Shown: piece by piece, positions 37,195 to 46,129 of the stretch
Numbering within the stretch: position 1 is the first letter of the stretch
Layout of the letters: every line of letters begins with the position of its first letter
NCBI GenBank assembly: GCA_027593235.1
Contig: JAQCIU010000007.1
Location: 52,983-116,982, forward strand
From: Chloroflexota bacterium
Lineage (GTDB): Bacteria > Chloroflexota > Dehalococcoidia > UBA2979
DNA length: 64,000 bases
Direction: 5' to 3'
The notes under the pieces: model-generated
Database searches by the model: none
What the model was told of the DNA's origin: nothing
Seen by the model: only the letters and a program-made list of their open reading frames with translations
Position numbers and translations under genes: made by a program

Positions 37195-38211
37195 CTAGTT
37201 GGCCCCGAGGCGCTCCAGCAACCCGTCCTCGAAGCTGAAGTCGAACGCGCGAGTCTGGTCGAGGCCTTCGCGTCGGAACCACTCGTAGGTCTGCTCGACC
37301 GCGGCCCGGAACCCGTATTCCGGCTCCCAGCCGATATCGCCTCGAAGGCGATCGACGCTGAAGAAGACGCTCGAGTTCCAGCGGTGAATATGCGGCGCGA
37401 CCTTCTGGATCAGCACGGCCGCCCCGCTGACGGTCTTCGCGTCGCCGTCCCACAGTTCGTCCATCACTGCCGGCGGTACGTACACCCGCTCCGGCTCCAC
37501 GCCGACCACCTCCGCAAACGTGTCGAGGTATCCATCGTCGGTGTAGCTATCGAGCCCGGTCAGGTTGTAGCGCTTCCCGAAGGTAACCGGGTTGCCCATC
37601 ATCATCCGCAGCGCGCGCGCCTCGTCATCGACGTGCCCCACCATCCCGACGGTGGTGCCGTCGCCCGGCACCAACACCGGCCGGCCGAGGAGCAAGCGCT
37701 GGAACATGCGCTGTTCGCGGTCCGGGATGATGTTGTTCGGCCCGAACACCATCGAGAACGGCACGCTCGTCGCCGGGAACCGCTCCTGCCGGTACAGCCG
37801 GAACAGGTAGTCCTCGCAGATCAGCTTGTTGCGTGCGTACTCGCTCTGCCGCGGCGTCGCGTCGGTCGCCGAGGTCTCGCGAATCGGCAGCAGCCGCGTC
37901 GCGGCGTAGCTGACCGTCGAGCTGGCAAAGATGTAGTGCCCGACCCGCCCCTTCAGGATCTCCACCAGCATCCGCACCTGTTCGAGGTTGTAGCCACTGA
38001 TGTCCTGCACGCAGTCGAACTCGTCGTCGCCAAGGGCGGCCCGCAGCGAGTCCGCGTCGTTCCGATCGGCGGTCAGGCGCCGTACGCCGCGCGGAATCGC
38101 CGCCTCGGTGACACCTCGGTTGAGGATCGTCACCTCGTGGCCCTGCCGGTGCAGCTCGTGCACCAGCGCCAGCCCGTTGAATCGCGTCCCGCCCATCACG
38201 AGGACCTTCAT
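37195..38211 (-). CDS. NAD-dependent epimerase/dehydratase family protein
   Basis: MKVLVMGGTRFNG, LNRG, YARNK (YxxxK). Confidence 0.9.
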   Translation of the reverse strand: MKVLVMGGTRFNGLALVHELHRQGHEVTILNRGVTEAAIPRGVRRLTADRNDADSLRAALGDDEFDCVQDISGYNLEQVRMLVEILKGRVGHYIFASSTVSYAATRLLPIRETSATDATPRQSEYARNKLICEDYLFRLYRQERFPATSVPFSMVFGPNNIIPDREQRMFQRLLLGRPVLVPGDGTTVGMVGHVDDEARALRMMMGNPVTFGKRYNLTGLDSYTDDGYLDTFAEVVGVEPERVYVPPAVMDELWDGDAKTVSGAAVLIQKVAPHIHRWNSSVFFSVDRLRGDIGWEPEYGFRAAVEQTYEWFRREGLDQTRAFDFSFEDGLLERLGAN

Positions 38212-38272
38212 GGTGTGTGTCTCCCGGTCGCCGTTCGTGCCGTTCAGCGGTCGCCCGTGTGGGTGGGCAACA

Positions 38273-38369
38273 TGGCGGGAGTGCGTGGGGGTCGAACCCA
38301 CCCAGGACTACGACGTAGCCCCGCAACGGTTTTGAAGACCGCGCGCAACACCGGTCACGATCCACTCCC
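38273..38369 (-). tRNA. selC: tRNA-Sec (TCA)
   Basis: 97 nt; acceptor GGGAGTG/CACTCCC, anticodon arm GCGGT-CTTCAAA-ACCGT (anticodon TCA), long variable arm, GTGGG-TTCGACC-CCCAC T arm, GCCA end. Confidence 0.95.
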
Positions 38370-38592
38370 ACGCGCATCCTAGCGAACCGATCGAGGAGCG
38401 CGTCGCACCGGCTCGTTGCGCGAACGTCGCGACGCCCTCCGCGAATCCGGCGCGACATGCGCCCATGAGCGCTGATGCCACACCTCAAAGGCCGGCGGCT
38501 ACGGCCGCGAACTCGACAATGTCATCTCGCTGACAGTCGAAGCACGCGGTAAAATGTAGAATTCGCCCCGGGACCGGTGGGGGGTATCGGTA

Positions 38593-39270
38593 GTGGCCAC
38601 AGGAAACCAGATACTCGACGCGCTCCCTGGCGAGGAGAGCCAGCGATTGCTCCGTGATTGCACGGAGGTAACCATCGCCTTCGGTGAGGTCATCCAGGCG
38701 TCCGGACAGACACTCACCCATATCTACCTCCCAACGACCGCCGTGATCGCCCTCCTGGCAGTCGCGCCGGGCAGCGGGTCCGTCGCTGCGGCGATCGCCT
38801 CGAAGCAGGGTGCGGCGGGTATCTGCGGCCTGTACGGGCGTGCTGAGTCGCCATGGCAGATGGTGACCCAACTCCCAGGGGGTGCATTCCGCATCCCGGT
38901 TGGGCTGTTCGAGACCCACCTGCAGCGCAGCCCCAGCCTGGCCGCCATCGCAAGACGCAACATGGGATTGTTGATCGGGGCGGTGGCGGAGACTGCGGTT
39001 TGCGGCCGTCTGCACACGTTGGAGCAGCGGTCTGCGCGCTGGTTGACCGCTGTCGATGAACTCGCCGAGAGCCGTCCCTTCCCGGCCACCGGGGAGCTAC
39101 TGGCCCAGGTTCTAGGCGCTCGTCGACCAAGCGTGTCCGCCGTCCTGTCCAACTTCGTGACGCGAGAACTGCTCGCGCGTGAAGATCTCAGGATGCTGCG
39201 TGTGCGTGATCGCGATGCCCTGAACGCGCTCGCATGCGATCGAGGCCGCTTGATGCTCATCTGGCGCTGA
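38593..39270 (+). CDS. Crp/Fnr family transcriptional regulator
   Basis: NQILDALP, HIYLP, CGRLHTLEQRSARWL, C-terminal HTH LAQVLGARRPSVS. Confidence 0.85.
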   Translation: MATGNQILDALPGEESQRLLRDCTEVTIAFGEVIQASGQTLTHIYLPTTAVIALLAVAPGSGSVAAAIASKQGAAGICGLYGRAESPWQMVTQLPGGAFRIPVGLFETHLQRSPSLAAIARRNMGLLIGAVAETAVCGRLHTLEQRSARWLTAVDELAESRPFPATGELLAQVLGARRPSVSAVLSNFVTRELLAREDLRMLRVRDRDALNALACDRGRLMLIWR

Positions 39271-39438
39271 TCCGCCACGCCTCGGCCGGACCGGCGCCGC
39301 ATGCGGGAGCGGCGATCCATCGCACGAGGTCCGACCGGCGCCCGCCCCGTAGCCCGGCACACACCCTCACCCGCGCCCGCTCCGCTACGATGGCGCCACG
39401 CACAACGGCGCATTCGCGCCGGACGGACGGGAGCAGCG

Positions 39439-39954
39439 GTGACGATCGACCGCCCATCGGAAGAGGACCTCGCGCAGGCCTCGCCCGAGAACATCGCCAA
39501 GATGACGAAGTTCGTGGAGAACTTCGCCAACAAGAGCGGCAGCTATCTCCACCCGCAACGCGAGATCACGGACTTCCTGGTGATCGGCCTCGCCAAGAAC
39601 ATTGACGAAGTCGGCAAGCCACTCTGTCCCTGCATGTTCTTCCAGGACAAGCAGGAGGAGATCGACAAGAAGTTTTGGATCTGCCCCTGCGAGGAGATGC
39701 AGCGCTGGAAGTATTGCCACTGACTACTCTTCTGCGACGAGGAAGGTCTTCCCGTCACCGAACACCTGCCAGAGGACCACGAGGGCCGCGAAGCTTACGG
39801 CCTGCGCGCGGATACGCACCCTGACAAGGGTCGCGCCCTGACGCGCCTCGAGGAAAAACAGGGACGCCGCCTCGAGAAGGGCGTGCGTGCCGACGAAAGC
39901 GAGGCTCCACCACGAGGTGGCGGCGCCACCGACGAGCCGCGCAACGTGATCTAG
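39439..39954 (+). CDS. Ferredoxin:thioredoxin reductase catalytic (beta) subunit, predicted selenoprotein (Sec95 at TGA 39721-39723)
   Basis: CPC(63,65)...CPC(82,84)...CH-TGA-LLF; frame stays open for 76 further sense codons to TAG 39952-39954; SECIS-like hairpin; selC about 1 kb away. Confidence 0.9.
39736..39756 (+). promoter_or_regulatory. Bacterial SECIS-like hairpin
   Basis: GACG-A-GGAA-[GGTC]-TTCC-CGTC beginning 12 nt after the TGA; G-led apical loop with GU. Confidence 0.7.
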
Positions 39955-39978
39955 CGCTCGTCGCTCGATCAGTACGAG

Positions 39979-40007
39979 ACAGGGGCAGCCCGACGGGCTG
40001 CCCCTGT
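39979..40007 (+). terminator. Intrinsic terminator-like hairpin after the full-length FTR frame
   Basis: ACAGGGGCAGCCC-GAC-GGGCTGCCCCTGT followed by TGTTGT. Confidence 0.75.
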
Positions 40008-40032
40008 TGTTGTCTCGGGCACCGTCGCCGCG

Positions 40033-41076
40033 TCAGGCCCCGTCGGGCCGGCTCCCCAGGATCAGCCGATCGGCGATCTCCCGCCGCCATCGCTCGTCCG
40101 CGAACCGGCGGAGGTGCCGGTCTGTCTCTTCGAGGAACGGCGCAACACGCTCGTTGCCTTCCAGGAAGTACGCCGCGTACACCCAGGTCCCGTGTAGCCG
40201 CGTCTGCCACCACAGCTCGATGCCCTCGCGGCACTCCTCCTCGCTCAGCGTGACGTGCCGGCGGAAGCCTCGGAGGTAATGCGCCAGCAGATCGGTCTCC
40301 AACACCTGCGAGAAGCTGAGGGCGCGGACCAGCTCCCAGATCCGCGCCGCAGCCCGCGTCAGCTCCCAGTCCACCACCGCTACGACCGCGTCCTCGGCGC
40401 CTAGCAGCACCTGCTGATCGTGAAAGTCGCCATGCAAGAGCTGACACGGCAGCTCGCCGATCGAGTCAATCGGCCGCGCCGCGCCGTTCTCCAGTAGCTC
40501 GCGCTGGAACCGCAATGCCTCCAGCACCGCCCGAGGCACACGAGGCGTGCGATCCGCCGAGGCGCGCGCCTCCACCTCGGCCAGCACCGCCAGCGAGCGC
40601 GCGGTGTTCCACGCGATCTCGCCGCTCAGCGTCGCCCAGTTCGCGCCCGGCGAACCCGGGTGCTCGGCCAGCGCCTGCTGCGTCCGCCCATGTATCGTGC
40701 CGATCGATTCCGCCTCGCTCGCCGTGATCGCGCCGCGGACGGGCATGCGACCGAGGACCCACGGGAACAACGACCAGCGCTCCGCACCGACCTCGATCAC
40801 CGTCTCGCCGCCGGCGAGCGATCGAGGTGCAATCGCCGGGATTCCACGATCGGCGACCCAGCGCGTGATCGCGTGCTCGTGGCGGATCCGCTCGGCCGGC
40901 AGCTCTGGCCGGTAGCAGCGCGCGAAGACGGCGCCGCCCTCGATTGGCACGCGGAAATTGCGGTTCAGCGTGCCGGCGCTTACCCGCTCGGCTGGTCCCG
41001 CCGCGCGCAACCCGTGCGCGGTCAGCACCACCTCGAGGGCCGCGCGCTCGGACTCGGACGGCTCGGTCGACTGCAT
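40033..41076 (-). CDS. Phosphotransferase (APH / type II homoserine kinase-like)
   Basis: GTLNRNF, LLHGDFHDQQVL, VVDWE. Confidence 0.85.
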   Translation of the reverse strand: MQSTEPSESERAALEVVLTAHGLRAAGPAERVSAGTLNRNFRVPIEGGAVFARCYRPELPAERIRHEHAITRWVADRGIPAIAPRSLAGGETVIEVGAERWSLFPWVLGRMPVRGAITASEAESIGTIHGRTQQALAEHPGSPGANWATLSGEIAWNTARSLAVLAEVEARASADRTPRVPRAVLEALRFQRELLENGAARPIDSIGELPCQLLHGDFHDQQVLLGAEDAVVAVVDWELTRAAARIWELVRALSFSQVLETDLLAHYLRGFRRHVTLSEEECREGIELWWQTRLHGTWVYAAYFLEGNERVAPFLEETDRHLRRFADERWRREIADRLILGSRPDGA

Positions 41077-41129
41077 CGCGCTCCCTCGTCGACGAGCGTA
41101 GGCGCGGCGCGGGCTAGCGGGCACACGCA

Positions 41130-41159
41130 AGAAGGGCTGCCCTCGCGGGCAGCCCTTCT
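41130..41159 (-). terminator. Terminator hairpin of trxA
   Basis: AGAAGGGCTGCCC/GGGCAGCCCTTCT stem, GCGA loop on the minus strand. Confidence 0.75.
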
Positions 41160-41184
41160 GTTCAGTTCGATCGAGGGACGCGCG

Positions 41185-41514
41185 TTACGCGACGACTACC
41201 TCGTCCAGGTGCTTCGCCAGGTCGCTCTTCGGGCGGAACCCGACGACCTGACCAACCGCCTCGCCACCCTTGAAGATGAGCAGGGTCGGGATCGAACGGA
41301 TCCCGTACTTGCCGGCGACCACCGGGTTCTCGTCCGTGTTCAGCTTCACGAACTTCACCTTGCCGTCGTAGTCGTCAGAAAGCTCCTCGACGACCGGCGC
41401 GACCATGCGACACGGGCCGCACCACGGTGCCCAGAAATCGACCAGTACTGGCAGGTCTGACTGCAGCACGTCGGCGTCGAAGGTGCTGTCGCTCGTATCA
41501 GTTGGGTGTGCCAT
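41185..41514 (-). CDS. trxA: Thioredoxin
   Basis: [16 protein letters not shown]. Confidence 0.97.
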   Translation of the reverse strand: MAHPTDTSDSTFDADVLQSDLPVLVDFWAPWCGPCRMVAPVVEELSDDYDGKVKFVKLNTDENPVVAGKYGIRSIPTLLIFKGGEAVGQVVGFRPKSDLAKHLDEVVVA

Positions 41515-41573
41515 CGCCCATCCTTCCCATTCAGGGGTTCATGCGGCAGATAATCGAAAATCGGTGTCATTCA

Positions 41574-41628
41574 TTGACATTTCCGCATCGCCGGTCTAAA
41601 TTCTATATACCCCCATGGGGTATGTCAA
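41574..41628. promoter_or_regulatory. Overlapping sigma70 promoters for csoR (+) and trxA (-) with a CsoR-type operator
   Basis: + strand TTGACA(41574)-N17-TAAATT; - strand TTGACA(41628)-N17-TAGAAT; palindrome ATACCCC-CAT-GGGGTAT at 41607-41623. Confidence 0.85.
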
Positions 41629-41715
41629 CCCCGTTCGAACCGGGCGCGACACAGCCCCCACACGATCCTTCGCGGATCGGGCCGAGCACGGCCCGGGGCA
41701 TTGAGAGGTATGACG

Positions 41716-42042
41716 ATGAGCGATCAGCCCACCACCGAGCAGATCCGCGCACGGCTCCGTCGCATCGAGGGGCAGGTCCGCGGCATCAGCAAGATGCTGG
41801 AGGATCGGCGCTCCTGCGAGGATCTGATCACCCAGCTCATGGCTGTCCGCTCCAGTATCGACACCGTCGGCGCGCTCGTGCTCGACGATCACCTGGGCGC
41901 CTGCCTGGATGGTGCGGCCGACCCCGTCGGGTCGTTGCGCGACTCTATGCGGCTATGGTGGCGTTTCGCCCCGGCAGCCGGCGCCATGGGCGCGGACCCG
42001 ACCGAGGCCGGCGCGCAATCACCTGTTCCGGAGTACGAGTAA
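41716..42042 (+). CDS. CsoR/RcnR family metal- or thiol-sensing repressor
   Basis: RLRRIEGQVRGI, CEDLITQL, HLGAC (C-H-C fingerprint). Confidence 0.92.
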   Translation: MSDQPTTEQIRARLRRIEGQVRGISKMLEDRRSCEDLITQLMAVRSSIDTVGALVLDDHLGACLDGAADPVGSLRDSMRLWWRFAPAAGAMGADPTEAGAQSPVPEYE

Positions 42043-42087
42043 CCCTGGCGAAGGCCTGATCTGGCGCGCCTCCGCGGTCGCTGCCGG

Positions 42088-43143
42088 CTAGTCCGCGACT
42101 ACCGTCGGCTCCATCGCCGCGACCACATCCGCATCGGTCTCCAGCGCCTCGTGGTCGGCGCTGATCGCCGCCCGCACCTGATCCAGCACCCCGAGGCGAT
42201 CGGCCTCGTCCGCCGCGCGGATCGCGTTGGCGATCGCCTCCGCGTCGCTGCGGCCGTGGCCGATGAAGACCTTGCCGTTCACCCCCAGCAGCGGCACCGC
42301 GCCGTAGCGACGGTAGTCCAGCCGATCGCGTACCTCGCGCAGCGACGGGCGCAGCAACGCGCCACCGATCCGCCCGCGCAGCGAACGGCCCGCTTCGCGC
42401 CGCATCGCCTCGAACATCATCTGGACGGTGCCTTCCATCAGCTTCAGGGTGGTGTTCCCGGTGAAACCGTCGGTCACGATCACCTGGTACTCGCCCGTGC
42501 TGACGTCTCGCCCCTCCATGTTCCCGACGAAGTTGATCTGCGGCACCGCGCGCAGCAGCGCGTGCGCCTCCACGATCAACGAGGAGCCTTTCGACGCCTC
42601 CTCGCCGATCGACAGCAGACCGACGCGCGGGTGCTCGTAGCCGTACATCGCCCGCATGTAGGCGGAGCCCATCTCGCCGAACTGGCGCAGGTGGTTCGGG
42701 CGCGCCTCGGCGTTCGCGCCGCCGTCGATCAGCAGCGTCGGTCCGCCCGGCGTCGGCAGCATCACCGCAAGGCCGGGCCGCTCTACGCCGGGGATCCGGC
42801 CGAGCGCGAGTAACGCGCCCGCCAGCATCGCGCCGGTGTTGCCCATCGACACGAATGCCTGCGCCTCGCCGCTCTTCACCAGCTCCATGCCGACCCAGAT
42901 CGAAGAGTCGCGACGGCGGCGCACCTCGCGCGCCACCTGCTCGCCCATCCCAATCGCGTCGGCCGCGTGCGCAATCCGCAACGTCGAGGGCGTTCCGCCC
43001 TGACTCTCGATCTCCCGTCGCAGCACCGGCTCATCGCCGACCAGCAGCACCTGCAGTCCGCCGGTTGCCGCCGCAATCGCGCCGGCCACCGTCGCCGGTG
43101 GCCCCAGATCGCCACCCATCCCATCGAGTGCGATCACCGTCAC
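42088..43143 (-). CDS. plsX: Phosphate acyltransferase PlsX
   Basis: IALDGMGGD, GNTGA, IGEEASKG, TDGFTGN, LLGVNG, HGRS. Confidence 0.95.
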   Translation of the reverse strand: MTVIALDGMGGDLGPPATVAGAIAAATGGLQVLLVGDEPVLRREIESQGGTPSTLRIAHAADAIGMGEQVAREVRRRRDSSIWVGMELVKSGEAQAFVSMGNTGAMLAGALLALGRIPGVERPGLAVMLPTPGGPTLLIDGGANAEARPNHLRQFGEMGSAYMRAMYGYEHPRVGLLSIGEEASKGSSLIVEAHALLRAVPQINFVGNMEGRDVSTGEYQVIVTDGFTGNTTLKLMEGTVQMMFEAMRREAGRSLRGRIGGALLRPSLREVRDRLDYRRYGAVPLLGVNGKVFIGHGRSDAEAIANAIRAADEADRLGVLDQVRAAISADHEALETDADVVAAMEPTVVAD

Positions 43144-43946
43144 GCGTCGTCCTCCGAGCGGGTGAACGAGACGACCAGACGCTGCGCCCCGTCGTCGAAT
43201 GGCGTCATCTCGTAGTCGCCCCACGCGGAGGACAGCTCCAGGCCGGCCAGCCTCCCGGCCAGCTCCAGTTCGCCCAGCGTGATCGTCCGCAGGTCGAATT
43301 GCGCGGTCGTCCGCCGCAGCGTGCCATCCACACCCTGCACATCGAAGTGCCATGTCACCGCGCGCGTCGAGTCGGCCGGGTAGGACTCCACGCTGACCAG
43401 CTTGGAGACCAGCGTCGCCGGCCCATCCGCTTCCGCGTGCCACTCCCGGGTCCAGTGTTCAATCAACGGCTGCGGACCCGGCGTGAAGTCGTCTGGCAAC
43501 GGCGCCTCCACATCCACCACCGCAAGCCCGTCATCGGACAGGTGCCGCGCGATCGATTCAAACGCCGCCACCAGGTCGTCCAGTTCAGTCATGTGCTGCA
43601 GGCCACCCAGCGCCACGATCACCAGCCCGAACTCTTGCCCGGCGTCGTATGTCCGCAGATCCGCCTCGACCCACGTCGGCGCCGGCGAAACGGATCGCGC
43701 GCGGGCGATCACCAGCATCGCCTCGCTGATATCGACGCCAACCACCTCGATGCCCTCGGCCGCCAGCGCCAGCGCAACACGACCGGTCCCGCAGCCCAGC
43801 TCCAGCACGGGGCCATCGGCGCGCGTCGCCAACTCGCGGTAAAGCGTCACGTCGTCCTCGTAGCCCTCGAGGTCGAGGTCATAGAACGGCGCGACGGAAG
43901 CGAAGGGATCGTCGGAGGATGAGGTGGCGTGCACCGGGAGATTCAC
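43140..43946 (-). CDS. Class I SAM-dependent methyltransferase
   Basis: VLELGCGTGRV, GVDISEAML. Confidence 0.9.
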   Translation of the reverse strand: MNLPVHATSSSDDPFASVAPFYDLDLEGYEDDVTLYRELATRADGPVLELGCGTGRVALALAAEGIEVVGVDISEAMLVIARARSVSPAPTWVEADLRTYDAGQEFGLVIVALGGLQHMTELDDLVAAFESIARHLSDDGLAVVDVEAPLPDDFTPGPQPLIEHWTREWHAEADGPATLVSKLVSVESYPADSTRAVTWHFDVQGVDGTLRRTTAQFDLRTITLGELELAGRLAGLELSSAWGDYEMTPFDDGAQRLVVSFTRSEDDA

Positions 43947-44053
43947 CGAGTGATGCTAGGAGCCCATATCGAACCCGGTCAACGCCGTATCGCATCACGC
44001 TTCGGTCGATCTCACTTGACGGCGACCGCTTACGCCGCCAAGCATGCCCCACG

Positions 44054-44578
44054 ATGAGCGACAACAACGACCTGGCCGCCCTGATCCGCGCGATCCCCGA
44101 CTTCCCACAGCCGGGCATCCTCTTCCGCGATATCACGCCGCTGCTGCACCAGCCCGCCGCGTTCCGCGCCGCGAACGACCGCCTCGCCGCGCTCGCGCGC
44201 GCGTGGGACGCCACGCTCGTTGCCGGCATCGAGGCCCGCGGGTTCCTCTTCGGCGTCCCGGTCGCGGAGCGTCTCCAGGTCCCGTTCGTACCGGTGCGCA
44301 AACCTGGCAAGCTTCCCGCCGAGCGCGCCTCGGTCTTCTACGAACTCGAGTACGGCAAGGACTCGCTGGAGCTGCACCGCGATCCCTCGGTCGCCGGTCA
44401 CCGCGTCGTGATCGTCGACGACCTGCTCGCCACAGGTGGCACGGCCGCTGCCACCGTTCGCCTCATCGAGGAACTCGGTGGCAGCGTCGCCGGACTCGCC
44501 TTCGTCATCGAACTCGACGCCCTCGCGGGCCGCGCGGTGCTCACTCCACACCCGGTCGCGTCGCTCCTCCACTACTGA
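44054..44578 (+). CDS. apt: Adenine phosphoribosyltransferase
   Basis: PDFPQPGILFRDIT, EARGF, RKPGKLP, VDDLLATGGT. Confidence 0.96.
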   Translation: MSDNNDLAALIRAIPDFPQPGILFRDITPLLHQPAAFRAANDRLAALARAWDATLVAGIEARGFLFGVPVAERLQVPFVPVRKPGKLPAERASVFYELEYGKDSLELHRDPSVAGHRVVIVDDLLATGGTAAATVRLIEELGGSVAGLAFVIELDALAGRAVLTPHPVASLLHY

Positions 44579-44609
44579 CGCGCGCCGGTGAGGCGCGCGC
44601 CCGCATCGC

Positions 44610-44999
44610 CTACGGCAGCACCACCGTCGCTTCCACCTCGACGAGCAACGCCGGGTTCGCCAGCGCCTGCACCCCGACCAGCGTGCTCGCCGGCGGCGCG
44701 TCACCAAAGAAGTCGCCACGCCCGGCGGTCAGTGCCGGCCGCAGATCCGGCGACCAGTTCACAACGAACGTCGTGATCTTCGCCACGTCACCGGCACTCG
44801 CCCCGACCGAGGCCAGCGCCGCTCCGAGGTTTGCAAACGCCTGTCGCGTCTGCGACTCCAGGTCCGCCCCCGCCACCTCGCCGTCCGGCGCCACGCCGAC
44901 CTGCCCGGAAATGAACGCCAGCCGGCCCGCTCCAAACTTCACGACGTGTGTGTAGCCACGCGCCTCGTGCACGCCCTCGGGACTGATTCGCTCCAGCAC
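44610..44999 (-). CDS. RidA/Rid family protein
   Basis: ISGQV, QTRQAFANL, PPASTLVGV, LVEVEA. Confidence 0.9.
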   Translation of the reverse strand: MLERISPEGVHEARGYTHVVKFGAGRLAFISGQVGVAPDGEVAGADLESQTRQAFANLGAALASVGASAGDVAKITTFVVNWSPDLRPALTAGRGDFFGDAPPASTLVGVQALANPALLVEVEATVVLP

Positions 45000-45036
45000 G
45001 CTCTCCCCCTTGTAGTTGTCGAATCCTCGGAGATGC

Positions 45037-45064
45037 GGAACGGCCGCCTCGCGGCGGCCGTTCC
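45037..45064 (-). terminator. Strong hairpin downstream of the small peptide gene
   Basis: GGAACGGCCGCC/GGCGGCCGTTCC 12-bp stem, GCGA tetraloop on the minus strand. Confidence 0.65.
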
Positions 45065-45102
45065 TGATCCGTCAGACGACGAATCGCGGTCAGCTCAACT
45101 GC

Positions 45103-45210
45103 TCAGCTCAACTTGGGAGTGCAGATGTAACCCTCACGGCACCAACTCGGGTTACTCCCCATCTCGCCCACCACGCGCTGTCGTTCCACACGCGGCTTCT
45201 CGTACTGCAT
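45103..45210 (-). CDS. 35-aa peptide MQYEKPRVERQRVVGEMGSNPSWCREGYICTPKLS, RiPP-precursor-like
   Basis: AGGAG/AAGGA RBS before ATG 45210, own downstream hairpin, YxxP leader motif. Confidence 0.6.
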   Translation of the reverse strand: MQYEKPRVERQRVVGEMGSNPSWCREGYICTPKLS

Positions 45211-45483
45211 CAATTGCGTCCTTGCTCCTGCACAAACACACGAGGTGAATGCACCGAGCACGCTAGCACCGCTCGATCCGCGTTTCAACGGGTCCGCGGC
45301 GCCCCCGCCCGCCACCCGCTCACCGTTCGCTCGCCAGTCCCCGATCGCCCTCGAGCGCCGTCCTTCCCGCCACGTCGGCAGCGCGATCGGTTACCCCCGA
45401 GGGCCCCTGCCACTCGTCCGAACACCTGTTCGCCCGCTACCCTCGATCACGCCGTGGCGGGCAACTCACCGGGGGAGGGCGAC

Positions 45484-46014
45484 GTGGCGTTACGTCGTGC
45501 CAGCAGCGTGTCCGTCGAGGTCCATACCAACTGGCTCGGCCGCCTCACCGGCGTCGAGGTCCACGCCACGCGCGGCCTCACGTTCCCCCTCGATCGCCAC
45601 GCATGGCTCGCGCTCGAACGCTCCGATGATCCCGCCGTCGCCGGCGAGGACGGCACGCGCACGCTCTGGCACACCGCCGACGGATGGTACTGGGAAGACG
45701 ACGGACTGGACGCCGAGGCGGTCGCGCTCCTGGTCTGGGATCGCACCCGCCGCCGCGACGGCCAGATCGAGCGCCTCCGCCAGATCCGCGCGCGCGACGA
45801 ACAGGTGCAGGGCGCGCGCCGCGAACGGATCCCGCCCGAGGTGCGCGCGCTCGTCTGGGAACGCGACGACGGTCGCTGCGTCAGCTGCGACGCCACCGAG
45901 GATCTTCAGTTCGATCACGTCATCCCCGTCGCCCGTGGCGGTGGCGTTGCCCCGGAGAACCTGCAGGTCCTCTGCGGGACCTGTAACCGTCAGAAGGGCG
46001 ACAGGCTGATCTGA
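45484..46014 (+). CDS. HNH endonuclease domain protein
   Basis: VWERDDGRCVSC...FDHVIPVARGG...NLQVLCGTCNRQKG; GGAGG RBS before GTG 45484. Confidence 0.88.
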   Translation: MALRRASSVSVEVHTNWLGRLTGVEVHATRGLTFPLDRHAWLALERSDDPAVAGEDGTRTLWHTADGWYWEDDGLDAEAVALLVWDRTRRRDGQIERLRQIRARDEQVQGARRERIPPEVRALVWERDDGRCVSCDATEDLQFDHVIPVARGGGVAPENLQVLCGTCNRQKGDRLI

Positions 46015-46129
46015 TCGCCCGCTCCGGAGAAATCCGATTGCCCGCCGCGCTCGGGCGCGGGACTCTGGATGGGTATCCTCAGCGCAGCACATCCGCAGTC
46101 AGAGCAGTCACCAGGAAAACGACGCCGCC

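Noticed and set aside
33001-38369. Genomic island integrated at selC (or at tRNA-His)
   Set aside because: No integrase and no duplicated tRNA 3' end found by eye.
39721-39723. TGA as a true stop or nonsense mutation in the FTR gene
   Set aside because: It falls on a conserved catalytic Cys position, the frame continues with family-like LLF, and a SECIS-like hairpin and selC are present.
46015-46129. SAM/SAH riboswitch before mtnP-ahcY-metK
   Set aside because: No recognisable conserved core; an Rfam scan would be needed to exclude it fully.
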